64,000 nt of DNA from Marsupella aquatica (taxonomy: Eukaryota > Plantae > Marchantiophyta), in contig OZ316894.1 of NCBI GenBank assembly GCA_973895155.1, forward strand, positions 26,645,240-26,709,239, in the 5' to 3' direction. Of the stretch, positions 10,951 to 25,000 are shown one piece after another; position 1 is the first letter of the stretch, and every line of letters begins with the position of its first letter. A program made the translations under genes and the position numbers. Under the pieces are notes generated by a model. It was not told the origin of the DNA, did not search any database, and saw nothing but the letters and a program-made list of their open reading frames with translations.

Positions 10951-11469
10951 AAAATCTTTAAAACTCTATCTGTGTTGGAGCTGACAGGAAACTGGCGGAG
11001 CTGTTTGAACTTGTTACTGGGTGTTTTTAAATTGTTTGGAAGGATTGAGTGCTCTTATTTTGATTTGATCTAGTCTTCCCTTGCTTTCTCTCCGATTGGA
11101 GAATGGTTTTTACTCATGATGGATCCCATTTTACTGCGGACGTTTCATCAATGTTGATTACGCGTTTGCTGATCAGGATTAGGGCTTGAACCAACTCCTG
11201 CAAGTTGTTCTAAGGTTTTTTTGCGGCTCCGCTTCTTCCTTGTTACACACTGGGCGAACTGCTTACGATTTTGCGCTGGGGTTCTGTCTTCACCTAGGGG
11301 ATCCTATTTTGTTACCGGGATTACGGGCGAGGGATGTCACATCGGGGATCGCTGCTGCACTATATTGTGGAAAGTTTCTAAGTTCTCTCGGAAACCTCTG
11401 TGGAACGCTGTTTTCTTTGTTATGCGGGTGAGCACTCGTCCCTGCTAATTTTTGATTACGGCAGCATAA

Positions 11470-13393
11470 GTGACTACGTGCTTTCGGGTTACACTTGAGA
11501 TTGTAAGGACTACTGCTCCTTCTTTTAACTCTACTAGTCTGGACGTTAAGGTTCTTTCTCCCTACGCACAACGCTGCTCCTGTTGGTTGTGTCCACGCAT
11601 GTCTTCTTCCCGTGGTGGTCTCTATGGTCGTGGCGGCCGAGACGCGCCCTTACGGGACCTCCAGATGCACAGGGATGCTGAAGGTGGGGCCGGTCATTGG
11701 GTGGACCCTGGTCGCAGACATTCAGGGAGAAGTGATAATTTTATGATGGAGGGGCCTTATGTTGCTCCCTCGGGTTTCTCTCGGCAGGATGTTCGCTCTA
11801 ACCATCCGCCTCCCCCCCACTTGAATTCATCCAATGCTTCTACATCCTGCTCGTCGGATGTTCCAATGTAGAGTTGGTTTGGTACAAAACCTTCTGGCAC
11901 GGTGGTGGATGGATTTGTTTGCTGGGATGCATATAGATCTTGGGACCACTTTATGATGGACCAATTGGAAGGTCGGATTGCACCTCCTGCTACGGAGATT
12001 TTTCATGACAACATCGGGGAGCGCTCTGAGCAGACGCGGACAGTTCCTGTTGTCCATCCTAAGGGGCAGACGCTGCGCCCTAGAGTGGGCCTTCCTCCCT
12101 CTCATTTGGCTTCTCCTACTTTGGCTAGTGAGACCCCTGCCGCTGCTTCGCGGGTTGAGGAAGTGGAAGCTTGCATTCCTCTCTTAAAGAGAATCGCGGA
12201 TCTGTCGGTGCAAGACTGGCCCTCTAAATTACACACCACAGTACAATGGTCTCTTGAAGAGGCTGCGGAATCTGTTACGGAATTGTTCAATTGCACAATG
12301 ATGTGCTATTTCACTGACCGGGCCCCGATGCTACCTACGTTCAAATTCTAGGTTAATAAAACTTTTGTGCAAGAGATGGAATGGCCGGTTACCCAGGTAA
12401 AATTCATGCGGAAGAGCTTCTACATGGTGACCTTCAAATACCCTGAGCACCGGGATTTTGCGCTTGCTAATGCGCCATGGTTTTTAGAACACAATTTTGT
12501 TTTTACGTTCCCTTGGGACCCCTCTTTTTACATCAGAAGTGACTCTTACACTATGCTCCCGGTCTGGATTGAAATCCCCTTTCGAGCTCTAATTCTGGAG
12601 CCGTGCCGTCACAAGCTTGCTGCCTCTCTTGGTGACATTCTACATTACATCCAAGGTGACAACTTAAGCTCCTACCCACACGATCGTGCGTGCGTCTTAT
12701 GGGATACTCAACGTGAAGTTCCTTGGAGTGTTGAAGTTCAGATTCAATCTGGCCTTTCTATCTGGCAACCGGTGATCTTCAAAAATATACCTTTTCACTA
12801 CTTCTGTTGTGGCAAGAAGGGTCATTTAGCACGAGATTGCTCCACTCTGGAAGAAGCGGAAACTACTCAGTTGGATGCTACTGAGATTATTGGCGAAGAG
12901 GGGCTGCCAGTTCCGGTCCAGATGGCGAGTACTATACCCTGTGAACTTGGTGTTCCTGAACCAATTCCTGTCATAAATCCTGAGGTCCCACCTTCTGCTC
13001 CTGTGATTACAACACGCGACCCCGTCTCTGCTGCTGAAACAAATTCTGATGTGCGGCTCTTTGGGAGCCTGATTGCGGTTGTACCTAACACCACCTCCAC
13101 TAATTTGGAGTGTGAACCTGAACCTGTGGACTCTTTGCCTGCTCCAAAGGTTCAACCTTTTGCTGATCTCCTATCCCCCCAACAAGAGAGTATCCCTCGT
13201 ATTATTCAAGACTTGCAAGCAACGAACCAATTCATCGTGACCCCCTTGAATTCTTGATCCCCACTTAAGGATTCATCTGAGGACCTCAAATTGGTTGCTG
13301 CCCTTGCACCGAGTTCCCACCCATCACGTGAGCCGGATGGAACCTCTGAAGAGAAGGACAAGATGGAAGACGAGGCCTCTGCGTCTGAATTAC
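11470..13393 (+). pseudogene. LINE (L1-like) ORF1 remnant, DUF4283-type domain + zinc knuckle
   Basis: FYMVTF..., APWFLE, PWDPSF, LPVWIEIP, WQPVIFKNIPFHYFCCGKKGHLARDC (degenerate CX2CX4HX4C) are typical of plant LINE ORF1; interrupted by stop codons. Confidence 0.75.
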
Positions 13394-16300
13394 TGTGGTG
13401 CATCCCATGGCTCCCCAAACCCAAGAAAACCCCCTTGCTCAGGCCAATTCCCGCAGGTTTTGTCCTCGGCGAGGCCGTTTATGGGGCTTAGCGGCATGGG
13501 ACGCTACTAATCCTCCTTCTACTACTATTAACATTTTACACACATATATTGGACAGATCCTTCATCGGGTCATGAGATACTTAGCCGGCCTATTCTAGGC
13601 CTTCCCTTGTATTCCTCTCCTGGTCTTCCATTAGGTATGTTTGGATTCCGCCGCCGGAATGATCCCCAATTGGCTTGGTTAAGCCGCTAAGACCTCTCTC
13701 AGCTCGACACATCCAACTCTCACTCCCTTGCTACTTCCCTTCATTGATGTGGGCACTCTTCACACAAGTTAATGCGACACACAAATAGCAAAATGACTCC
13801 TTTTGACTGAGTTATACCATGCACTTGCCATACAAACAGTACATCTCATACACAAGCTCTGCGGACTAAGCCGTGAGGCCAACTCTATTCAGTTCTTAGG
13901 CATGAGGAAACATGAATATACACAAGGGTCACTGTATAACTAACCGAGAGCTTCTCTTACTACTTGATCCCAGCCCTGCTGGTGCAACTAAAAACTTGCT
14001 AAAGAAGAGGCCCTGGACTCCTCGCTGCCTAGGTATTTATCCTGGCAGTGGATCTGTCCAGAACTTTGCTGCGTAAGCTTAATCTATCCTACCTGTAATC
14101 TACCTAACTGTATAGCGAGGCAAGAGCACAAGTGTTGCTCCTACCAGTGGATCCGCCACCCCACTAATCTAAGTGTCAGGGCCGTCTCTTGGTCTTGATC
14201 CTAATCCTAAACTTGGAGATCTGAGCCCGCCCTGCCCACTCACGCCTCCTACCTCCACGTCCGCCCTTCCTAAAAGGAACGGCGCCCTTGCACCGTCACA
14301 ACACCGGTGGCGGATCCTCAATGGACGCCCCCAATGCTTCCCCCGCAGCCACTGCTGTCGGTCCGTCCTCTGATAGATTACCTACCCCGGACCGAGTCAA
14401 CTCTTCATCGGCTTGACTGGGTCCACCCTCGGCTTCGGCCTCAGCATTGGTCACGGCCTTTGATACGGCTTCGGCCTCCCCAACATGTTCTAGTGGAGGA
14501 TCCGGTACCTCGGCTTCATCAATAGCTGTCCCGGCCTCGGGCCTGCCATCTCCACCTTCTTCAACAGGTGGATCTACTACCGTGACCATGCTAGAGGTTG
14601 GTGCCGGATTGACCTCCTGGGTCACAACGGCTTGGTAAGCCGTATAACTCCCAGACCTAGAAGGTTTCCGCTTCTTCTTTTTTCCTGTTTCGGTAGCTGG
14701 TCCCTTAAGGCCCTTTGCTACCTACCTCCGGCACCGGGGCTTGTGTCTCGGCTTGTCCTTTGGCCAGTACCCCTCCTGGTAACGAAGTTCCCACAATTGG
14801 ATTTGGACCAGATGAAGCCAAGCACTTAAATACTGCGGCCTATTTCTTCAGCCGCTCCATTTGGTTGTCGGCCCGCCGCTGTAAGTTCTCCAACTTCCTG
14901 GTGGTTTCCTCCAACTCCTCCTGGGCTTCCTCCAGGTCCTTCCGTCCCTCCTGCAGCTCCTTTCTGGCTTCCTCCAAGTCCAATTTTAAGGTAGCCCTCT
15001 CCTCCTGGGTTGCTCTTAGCTCCTTGTCGAGCTCTGCTACGACCTCAGACTCCATCTTATTCATCTTGGCATAAGTCTGGTCGAGCTGGTCGTCCTTTTC
15101 ACGTAGGTCGGCCTTGAAGCTGGTCGTCAGGGACGCAAGCTCCTGCTGCAGCGCAATAATCCCTTGATAGGATTTCCCTAACTCGGCCTCCTTCTGCTCA
15201 AGGGCTCTGCGGATATCCTTGAGCTCTCCTTTCAACGCCCTCTCCCTTCTCTGAGTCTCCGCCATGGCCCGGTTGTTGGCGGTTATGTGGGCCTCCTCTG
15301 CGTCCCTCAGCTCCTACTTCCACTTCTCCCTGTCCTTGACCGCGCCGGCCAACTCTCCTTGGGTCCGAGTCAGTTTATCCTTGATAATCTGATTGCCAGA
15401 CTGAGCGGCATCCAATTGTCCTTGCATGATGTTTAGCTCATGCCGCTTAATTCGTAGCTCATCTTGGTCTTTCTTGGCCGCCTGCAGGTCTTCCACCTCG
15501 GCTTCCATCTCCCTAAGCCGTCGGATGACCTTGTCCTTCTTGCTTCTCTCCAAACCCACCGCTTCTTCTAATCGGTGCTTCTCCAACCTCTCCCTTTGGA
15601 AAAAGGGTCCCTGCTCCAACTCCTTCCCAAAGATGCTGAGCGCAAGATCCCCACACATTTCCCTGTACTCCATGGCTCTATCTTTAGCATAGGTGGAGTA
15701 AGTAGAAGTCATCGGCATCAACCACCGCGGCCTCTGTTCCCAAGCCGCCTTGCGGATTTTTTCTATGGTGGCAAGAGGGTTGCTTCTTTTTTTGGCAAGC
15801 CGCCTGATGTCCTCCAGCCAATCTCCTCCTGGTAAATCTTTCTCCCGTGCCAGGGCTGCTTTCTCTTCCTCCCTAAGTCGCTCTTGAAACTCTTGTGCCG
15901 TCTGCTTTATGCCGTCAAAGCTCAGGGGAGCAACCTCTGGTGGGGGAGACTTGGGGCTACTCTGTTGGGTGGGGTCCCCTCGAACTACTCGCGGAAGCGT
16001 GGGGATAAACCGGCCACAGGTCCTTACTCCTGGAACATGATGATCCGACCCATAGCTGGAGTTATCATTGTTGTAGTCCTCCACCGCCTCCTCCATTCAA
16101 TGACTCCCGGCTTCCCCCTCTGTTCCCCTGGTCCTGCCGTGAAAACTGCCTCATAGATCACGGGCTCCGGTTCCTCCTCTGGTTTCCAGGCTGTCCTCTC
16201 CCTCTGATTTTCGCGGGAAGGAGCCTTAGGCTGCTCTGCCTCCGATTCGGGGCTTGAGGCTCCCACATACATTCAAACTCCCGACTTGTGTTCCGACCTC

Positions 16301-18117
16301 CTTCTCTCCTTGGCTCCAGTAAAGGGGTTTTCCCTCCTGAGTCGGCTTAGGCCGGCCTCTGGGGCAGTGTCCTGTACCGGTGCCGTTGCCGTTGCTGGTG
16401 CCGTTCTCTCCTTCTCCAACAATTTTAGCAGATTCTGCATGCCTGATTGCTGCTTCGGCAAGTCTTCTTTCTTTGGCCGAAACACCTGCTCGATCATAGG
16501 ACTGGCAGGCTGGTTGGGCTCTTCTGTTGCCGGCCTCTGCTCCGGAACCTCCTCTGGTGCGCTTGCCGATAGGGAAAGTACTGGGGCAAAGATTTGACTT
16601 CTGGCATACCGGCACAACAGCGGCATGTGATAGCCAAGCCGGGACATGCTTCCCACGCCGATCACCTGCTGTTCCTCCTTTAAGATCTTCTTTAGTTGGT
16701 TGAGGAGGTACCCATTGTAATCTTGGCTTGGGTCTGGCCTTTCTGCCAGGTAGACCTGAGCCTTGCCGATCTCTGCCCTCGGCAAGTTACAATGCATGGT
16801 CACCCGCAAGAAATTGATCATCTCTCCAATGTGCGGGTTGGTGCAGGTGTTCCGGAAGAAGCCATTCTTCATTGATGGTCCTGGGAACGACCGGAACTCC
16901 TTGTCAGGTAAGGTCTTCTTGGTATCTACTTTGGTCTTATTACCCATCGGCAAGCCAAACACCTCGGCAATCACCCGGGGAGTGAGATAGAAATCCTTCC
17001 CATACACCCTCGTGGAGTTGGTCTCGGGTTCCCATGATCCCACAAATTCTAATAAGTCTGAGTCCGGCACCTCCGGCTTCAGCCATGGTAATCTTACGAA
17101 GGCTTCCAAGCCAGATTCGGCCATGAAGCCCTGGTACTTCTTGGTCTGCATGGCCGTAAAGCATGCATCCTCCTCCCTTGCAAAATGTAATTGCACTTCC
17201 TCTGGTAGGGTCGCCGCCCAGCCTTTCCAGGTGTCATTCTTTGTTGGAATGGCATTGATGGGATCGACCTCCTCCTCTTTGGCTTCTCCCTGCCTCCTAT
17301 TCTGCTGCTCTGTTGGCTTCCTTGGTGCCGCCGACCTCGTTCTTTTTGTCGGGGTGGCCTCTTCGATGTTGTTTCTTTTCCTCTTCATCTTGGCTGCCAT
17401 GGATGTTTCTCCTAGCACAGTTGCCTTCGTCCACCCCTCCGTGCTACCCTTCAACTCCCAGTGCGCGTCGTTGCAGCGGTTGATGGCTTTCCAAATGCCG
17501 ACAATTCTGTCTTCGCAAAATAGAAGGTCATCGAGCTGATTGGCAGTAGGAGTCCACAAGAACTCGGCCTTGATGAGTTCTCCTCCTAAGAAGGCAGACT
17601 TCTGCAGCTCCCACAGTCGAGCGAGCTCCTGCCGTTCTCAAGCTGCTCTCTCCGATTCCTCGTCCTCGTAAGTCTTAATGTACTCAATTGCCCGTTCGAA
17701 CAGGCATCCCCAAAAATGTGCCGCTTGATTGACGTTGCTCATACCCTCCTTGAGTCGATCGTTGGTATCTGCTCCCGCCCAGAGTGCTTGCCTAAGCAGC
17801 TGACAGTAGTTGGCCTTCCGTAGTCGTCTGCCCAGTTCGTGCTTGCAAATGAGCCACCATTCCTCGCGAGCAGTCCTTACCTCTCTCCTCCTCTGGTCTT
17901 TCCTCCCGTTGGTTACCCCTAGCCGCCGATGCTTAGCGCGCCCTAACCCTAATCGTGTTTTCCCCTGACGTCCTTACTTCCGGCCTCGGCCCGGGTTCCA
18001 TAGTCACCCTTAATTGTTTATATTTTCCTTATTTTTGTTACTATACTAATGTGTTTATAGGGTACACCTCCGTTTTCCCCACTTAACTGGCCTAGTGATT
18101 CCTGGCTAGGCATCACA
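13394..18117. mobile_element. 4.7 kb insertion bounded by TGTGGTGC...GCATCACA (solo-LTR-like or other TG..CA element)
   Basis: 7/8 terminal inverted match; flanks ATTAC / GTTGC (possible decayed 5 bp TSD); interrupts the LINE ORF1 tail; no long internal direct repeats seen. Confidence 0.5.
14296..17900 (-). pseudogene. Long decayed ORF (~1200 codons): plant-mobile-domain/Athila-ORF-like segment followed by a coiled coil and low-complexity tail
   Basis: 16273-17559 and 16024-16272 are in frame across one TGA; 15314-16096 and 14840-15265 are in frame across one TAG. LLEFVGSWEPETNSTRVYGKDFYLTPRVIAEVFGLP resembles TE-associated plant mobile domain proteins; E/K/L heptad-rich coiled coil at 14840-15600. 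Confidence 0.6.
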
Positions 18118-21100
18118 GTTGCTTCCCAAAACGCCTGCTCCTCCTCAAACTTGACCAGGTCATCATCCATTTGTTGGCAACAATTGTGCCTCCATTCTTC
18201 AACCTAAATATGAGTCAAGTAGGAAGAATCAAAGATGTGTACAAACAAGGGAAATTTCCAATTTCCAGGAAAAAGCTAGAGAGCTCAATATCCTTTTTAT
18301 GTCTTTGCTCATTGAAGGATAACGGACCTGCCGTAGATCTAGCAAGAAATGGGTGGTTCAAATACGCTCTAATAGGTTTGAACCTCAGTTATCGTGATTT
18401 GGCCAGCCAGGTTCCAATACTGTTGCAAAGAGATGTTTTGCAAAGAGCCTAGAAATGTTACAGGCTGCATATGGGATAAGAAAAATCCCTGTCTGGCCAC
18501 AAGTAGCTAAACCAGTGTGGTCACTCTATTGACTCTTCTCTACTTTGAGATTTCCTTGGGCATACTAGCGCCATGTGAGGTCGCCTTTGGTACTTTTTGA
18601 TGAGGCATTGATGGTTATGGACAGTGGCAACATTCCAGTTTGGCACCCTTTGTGTCATGGGGCATGGTCACACGTAGCCCGGTGATTGGAACATTTGGTT
18701 GTTGAACTCCTAGATGAGTAGTGCACTATGTACTCTTGCAATTAAATTGCCTTGTAATCCCTTCAGTATTGTGCCCAAGGTATACACCTAATAGTATGCG
18801 GTCTATTCTCACAAGCAAAATGAGAAAGTTACCATTCCGTCCAGGATTGGTTGATTCAGATTGAAAGGTTCTATAATCTGGATGTCAACTCAGCCCAAAT
18901 AAGAGAAACGATGCACATGTCCCCTAGTTTACTACACATATTGCTATAACAAGAGGGGAGTCTCAGTCTAGGGGGGGGGGGGGGGTCCTATACCACTCCC
19001 AACATTTACACCCTAAAAAAGACCCTAAAAAAGAATAACTAATTTTTGCGACCCTATTTTTCAGGAATAGTCCAAAATTGGTTAAAAAAGCTATCTTTAC
19101 TTAATCCTAAAATTAAAGGATTAAAAGACACATAGTGTTCTTCTACAAAAATTAGTCTTCCCTTTAACCCAATAAAACAATTTTATATTTATTTGCACAT
19201 GATTGGCTGGAAGGAAATTAGTGCAGACCCCGGGACATGAGGATACTTCAACACACTCCCTCAATCCCCAGAGATGACAAGAGCTGTAAAACTCATGTTA
19301 TGGATTTGTCCATGGGTTATCTCTGTGACCCTGTTGTAAGGATCATTGGGAAGTCCCCATAGAGTGCAACAACAATTGTCGGGAGGTAAACTAAATGTAG
19401 ATGGGCAGGTGGTGGTTGCTCAGTCCGTTGGGCTTGAGTAAACTCCAGTGGCACACCTTTCCAAAGTAACCATCCCACTCGTGGATGCCCTCCCACCCTG
19501 CCTGCCCTCCCCTTCTCAATCTCCCACAGTCCCACTATTCCATACTTTGTGGGCACTCGGCCATGTCATCTCCCACATTGTTTATGCAAAGTAAGGAGCT
19601 TAAAATCTGGCAATAACTGACAGGGTCAGAGAAAATGCAACATTGAAACACCACATTCAAGATAAAGCATTGACGAGGAATAGGACAGCCAAGGCTGTTA
19701 ATTGAGCAAATCCAAGGACAAGGGGTAAGCAAAGTTCAAAATGTAGGATAATGAGGCGGCAGTCCAGCAAAAGCCCAGTAAAAGACCAGGCAGAAACATT
19801 TGTTATTCAATGTGCCTAAACCAAAGAATCAATGGCAAGATGGCCTGCCAAACGAGCTGGCAATTCAAGCTTAACCTTGTAAAGTCCCTTCCCGGTGAAG
19901 AACATTGTGTCCCCTGTAAAAATTAAATTAAAATCCAACATTTGGAAATTTTTGTGTCCAGAAGTGGTGGGTAAGCAAACAGTCAGTTACTTATAGAGTG
20001 TCGCAATCCCATCCATTATCAGTCACCGGTATCAGTTATCATACCCATCAGGGCACCAAGATGACTTAGTGGAGCTGCCAAGTTGAAAAAGTGATTATGT
20101 CAGGAAGGTTAGTGAAGTGGACTTTTCTGCATGATTTTGGCTTGGAGAGGTCTACTAGTGAAAAAGTGACTCAACAAGGTCAGTGGAGTGAAAATTTTCC
20201 AACTTGGCGAAACTGCCAAGAGAAAAAAGCCAACCTCCAAAATGACATTCAAGCCCAGCAAGGCCACTGAGCTTCATCAATATGAATGACACATAGATGG
20301 GGTTAACAAAATCTTATATATACACAGTTGACCTACATCGCTCAACTGATTGTGATACAAATCCTAAAAAAGGGGCATCAGAGTGTGGTCAAAGTTTACA
20401 TTGACATATATATGATAGAGTTTAAGCGTGCTGACTTCCTCACCACTTGCCCACCACACGCTCAACCCATAGGCAATTTAAGGTTTTGATATGCCATACT
20501 AGGATTATTACAAGTATGATGATAATCTCACTATGGACAATTTTATGCTGATCAACATCTGCTTGTCGTCAGCCTGTAGGTTGCCAAAAACTTGCCCGAT
20601 ACTGACTCGAATCTGCCTGAATATACGACATGATGCATTTATAATATCATAAGTTTTGGGCTGTGCAAGGGCCATAGAGTCATGTTGTGTCTCAGACGTG
20701 GCATTCCTAGTTCTGGTCGGAGACAGGGCAATAATCGCCTATTTGTGGCACCATAAACAAAAACTACCTGTAACATTTACCAATACATTTACCAATGTGA
20801 ACCTCCTATATGCTTTCCCCACATATTCGGGTCAATTCTATTAATAAACAGAATGGTCCATCTTGAGACTACTATTATTATATTCATTTTTGGGGGCAAG
20901 CCGAGGCATGGGTGGAATTTGTTACTTTTCGGCTCTCTCAGGCACAGTGGTGGATTTTGATAACTTTCGGATCTCTTAAAAATGCACTGGGTCCTGGCGT
21001 GCGGTGGACCATTGCCGGGGAGGCAGCGAGTCTACGTGCCGGGATCTTAGGGACAGCTCTAAGATAGATTAGTGGGCGGAGCAATCATTAGTGGGGGCTA

Positions 21101-22027
21101 ACACTACCTAATCTGAGGATTATTGACACATCTAATCCCGAATTTCCCCCCGGAGTTCCATCATCATTTCCACGCAGATACAACCCTAATCCAGGCAGGG
21201 AGCCCCCGCACCTGCGATCGAGATCGCGGACCCGCGCCGGTGCTCCCGACTGCTCCATGCAAAAACCTGTAAAGGGTGGGCAACATCGCGGGCCAACCCG
21301 GCATCGTTGTTACGAAATTTTCGCCAATGAACCCGCGCTGAAGTCGATGTGTGTGTCTCGCCTTTCTGTGTCTCTCTTTGCGCAGAGTTCTGCTCTCTCT
21401 CGCTCTCTCTCTTCCCTTTCTTTGGCAAACAGCTCTGATCTGCTCAGCACACCTGCGTGTCTCTCTGCGCCTCGGCCTTTGCCCCGCGGTGCTGAATTTG
21501 AGATGGGTTAAAACTTAAAAGCATTTTGAGCCAGCAGCACGGCTGCGGTGGTGGGGGGAGGGGGGCAGGAGGAGCGGCACCCATGGGGTTGAGCTTCAGG
21601 ATGCCGTGCCTCAACGGCTGGCCGTTCTACCGCTGCTGGGAGGGGAGCAAAGAAAAGTGAGGTGGAGGGTAGAGGGATGATGGAGAGAGCCATGGTTGTG
21701 GGCATACTGTTTTGCGAAGATGGCAGGGGGAGTTTGTGATTTTGTTGCGGGTTCTGTTCCGGGGGATGAATGAACGAATTTGGGGTGCGGTGTTGTCGGT
21801 GGCGGAAGCAGGCACGAAGAAGGAGGAGGATCTTTGAGGAGGTGGTTAGACGGGGTGTCGGTCTTGCGTCTATCCATTTCTCGGCTGGCCTGGATTGGAG
21901 TCACTCCTAGAGCTGAGTGAGGTCGGGTCGGGTTCTGTTCTCGTTAAATCTGCGATCGGAGAGCGGCTGGGGCGGGGGACGAGAGGGCACGAGGACGGGG
22001 ATCAGGACGACCGGAGATCTGTCTGTC

Positions 22028-25000
22028 ATGGCGACGGCCCCTCCGGCACTGCCGCGGAGGGGACATGCGTTCGAAGGTGGAAGAGGGCGGAGCACGCAAG
22101 GGTTTGGTAGTAGTCATGTAGGTGCAGGAGCAGCAGGAGGAGCGACCGAGAGTAGGAAGCAGAGCAGCCGCAACAACGAAGCGAATTGCAAGAAGAAGCA
22201 GGACCTTAAGCACGACCTTTTCGACGACGATGATGAGGACGAGGATGAGAAACCCCTCTGCATAGTTAGGTCGGGGTCGGGCAGGAAAGGGGAGGTTCCT
22301 TCTACTACACCTAGGAGTTCTGCTCGTGCTGCATCCCCTCTAACTACTGTTAAAGGCGGGGCCACTAGCGGGGCGGGAAGCAGTAGAGCAGAAGTGGTGG
22401 GAAGCGGCGGTGGTACGATGAAGGAAGTAGGAGTGGAGAAGAAACGACTTCTGGGGGGAGACGGTGCTGGAAAGGCTGTGGGAGAAAGTAGTGCGGGTGG
22501 TGCTGGAGGAGCTGGGTCGCCTGTGACAAAGAAGGTCAAGATGGGTGGAACTGCGGGCAACGCCATGGAGCCCTCGAAGAAAAGGGAGCCGAATCGCGAC
22601 GAGGACGCCGAGGACGATGTGCCATTAGCCAGCCGTATGAGTAGGATTGTCCCTCCTAGTACTAAGAATGACGGTGTAGACTTGGTAAAGGCGCAATTAG
22701 TGGTTGCCAAGAAAGTCATGGAGGACAGGTTGAAAGCGAAGACGGAAGGTGGAGGATTGGCGAACATGGCCAACCTATCCGGTACCACTACCAATGGTGG
22801 CGCTGTTACTGCGGTGCCTGGAAAGGGTAGCATATCCCGCGTCTCATCGGAGGAAGGAAAGGAAGGACACGGACGCATTCTGACCCACAGTTTACCTGAC
22901 ATGGATGGAAAGAAACCGGACGTTAAGTCAGCAGCGAAGGCTCCTGCGAGGCCATTGCCAAAGCCTGTGTCGAGACCATCAGTGGAGCGGAATTGGGTTC
23001 CGGATTCGGACGATTCTGACGATGACAAGCCGCTGAGCCATAGGAAGTCCATGAGCTTAACGATGGGAAGGGATTCTAAACCTGATAGTACTGAACTGAA
23101 AGAGGCCTTTGCGAAGAAGAGACCAGCGGGGCAAGCGGTTGTGAGTCCAAATAGTCAGTCGGCTTTGAAGAAGTTGAAAATTGTCCCAAGTGGGTCGCAG
23201 AAATCATCCTCCATTCGATCGCCCAAGTCAGGGTCCTTGTATTCACCTAGGGCTGCGGTGAAAAGGGAGTTGGATTCTAGCACTAAACCTGCCGTGCGAA
23301 GAGCAGATCCCAATGATGATGACGACGATGTTCCTCTGGCTCAGCGTATGTCTTCACTTACAGCGAAATCGAACAACTCAATGAAGAAGCCACCTGCGGC
23401 ACCAGTCAAGGTGTCAGCCAAAGTAGAACGAGATCGGGACGACGACGATGATGACGACTATGTGCCCCTCGCCAAACGCGCCGGACAAACGCCTGTTGTC
23501 AAAGCAGCAACGAAAGTGGGTGCCACGATAAAGAAGCCCTCGGCCGGCTCTGCTAAATCTATAACGAAGAAAGTTTTAGAGCAAAGGCGGAAAGGGAAAG
23601 GTACTGTGAAAACAACAAAGCATGTCGTTAAAACCAAAATTGCGAAGAAGAGCGAAAGCAAGATGATTGTCAGCGGCGGGACACAGAAGTGGGAGACTCT
23701 GGAGCACAATGGAGTAATCTTCCCTCTGCCGTATCAACCCCATTGTGTTAAGATGCTATACAGGGGGAAGCCCGTGACACTTACTCCTGAACAAGAGGAG
23801 GTAATCTTCACTGGCCATCCTCGTTCTAGCATTTTTATCAATCATATGTGACATTATGCTTTATCTCCTATACCTAGGGTATTGCTGGGATTCAAAAAGG
23901 TGGTGTCGGGTGGGGTAGGGTATCTTGTACTAGGTCAGTGCACATATTTTCCTCGTCCTGTCTTCCTTAAGCAAAGCCAACCCTTTCTGCTGGGAGGCTG
24001 GATGCCAGTTTAGTAACATAATGTGCTACTGTCCCTTCACGGACCGAGCTTCGTACATGATTGGAGGGCTCTTAAGGATAGCCCTGGTCGAAGCTATTCC
24101 ATTAGATTGAAAGTGTATTGTCCGTTTAGTACCTTACAGTTGTTGAATCGATGTTCTCATCGTTTCATAATGTTTGGGTCACGGATGGCTATCTTTGAGC
24201 ATTGTTGTAAATCGTTGGTACATCGTCATTTTATCTCGAGGCCTTCATGGGTGTGTCCGTAGGATTTTTCCTTCCTGCCTTCTCCTTGATCTCAACAGCC
24301 TTTGTTGTGGGCGATTCACTATGGAGATGCGGTGTGTCATTTTACCTGAAAATGTGCAGGTTGCTACAATGTTTGCGGTGATGAAAGATACCGACTACGC
24401 AACGAAGCCCAAGTTCATTGAGAATTTCTGGGCCGATTGGAAGCCAATTCTTGGTAACCGCCACGTCATTCAAGATTTGGAAGGTTGCGATTTCACACCG
24501 ATATACGAATGGTTTATGGCGGAGAAGGAGAAGAAAAAGAGTACGAGCTCAGAGGTGAATTTCTCATTTATGACAAGCTTTCCCTCCCCGCGTCATGGAA
24601 GGAAAAAGTATACCAATTACTGGCAATAGGAACGTATCTGGGGTGTCAGTAGTATGCTGTCTGCAGTAGGTTTGCCTACTTTCTCTTGGTGGGGGTCCCC
24701 TAACCATTTCATCGTGTTTTCTTATTGAATTGAACTTTTGTATTGGAACCTTCTTATGTACATAGGTTGACTGGACATCTGATAACTGGCAATGACGACA
24801 TACTGACGTTACTTAGTTTTTGTTAGCTTGTGTCTGACATGCTGTACTCTCTCAGGAGAAGAAGAGGCTCAGAGAGGAGAAACTGAAGATGGAAGATAAA
24901 TATATGTGGGCCCTTGTAAACGGTGTAAAGGAAAAGGTATTTTCCGGAAGCTGGCATTTTCGATTTAGAATATGGATTAATGTCACGTCCAGGAATCAAT

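Noticed and set aside
22114-23052. 312 aa minus-strand ORF
   Set aside because: Antisense shadow of GC-rich TOP1 exon 1.
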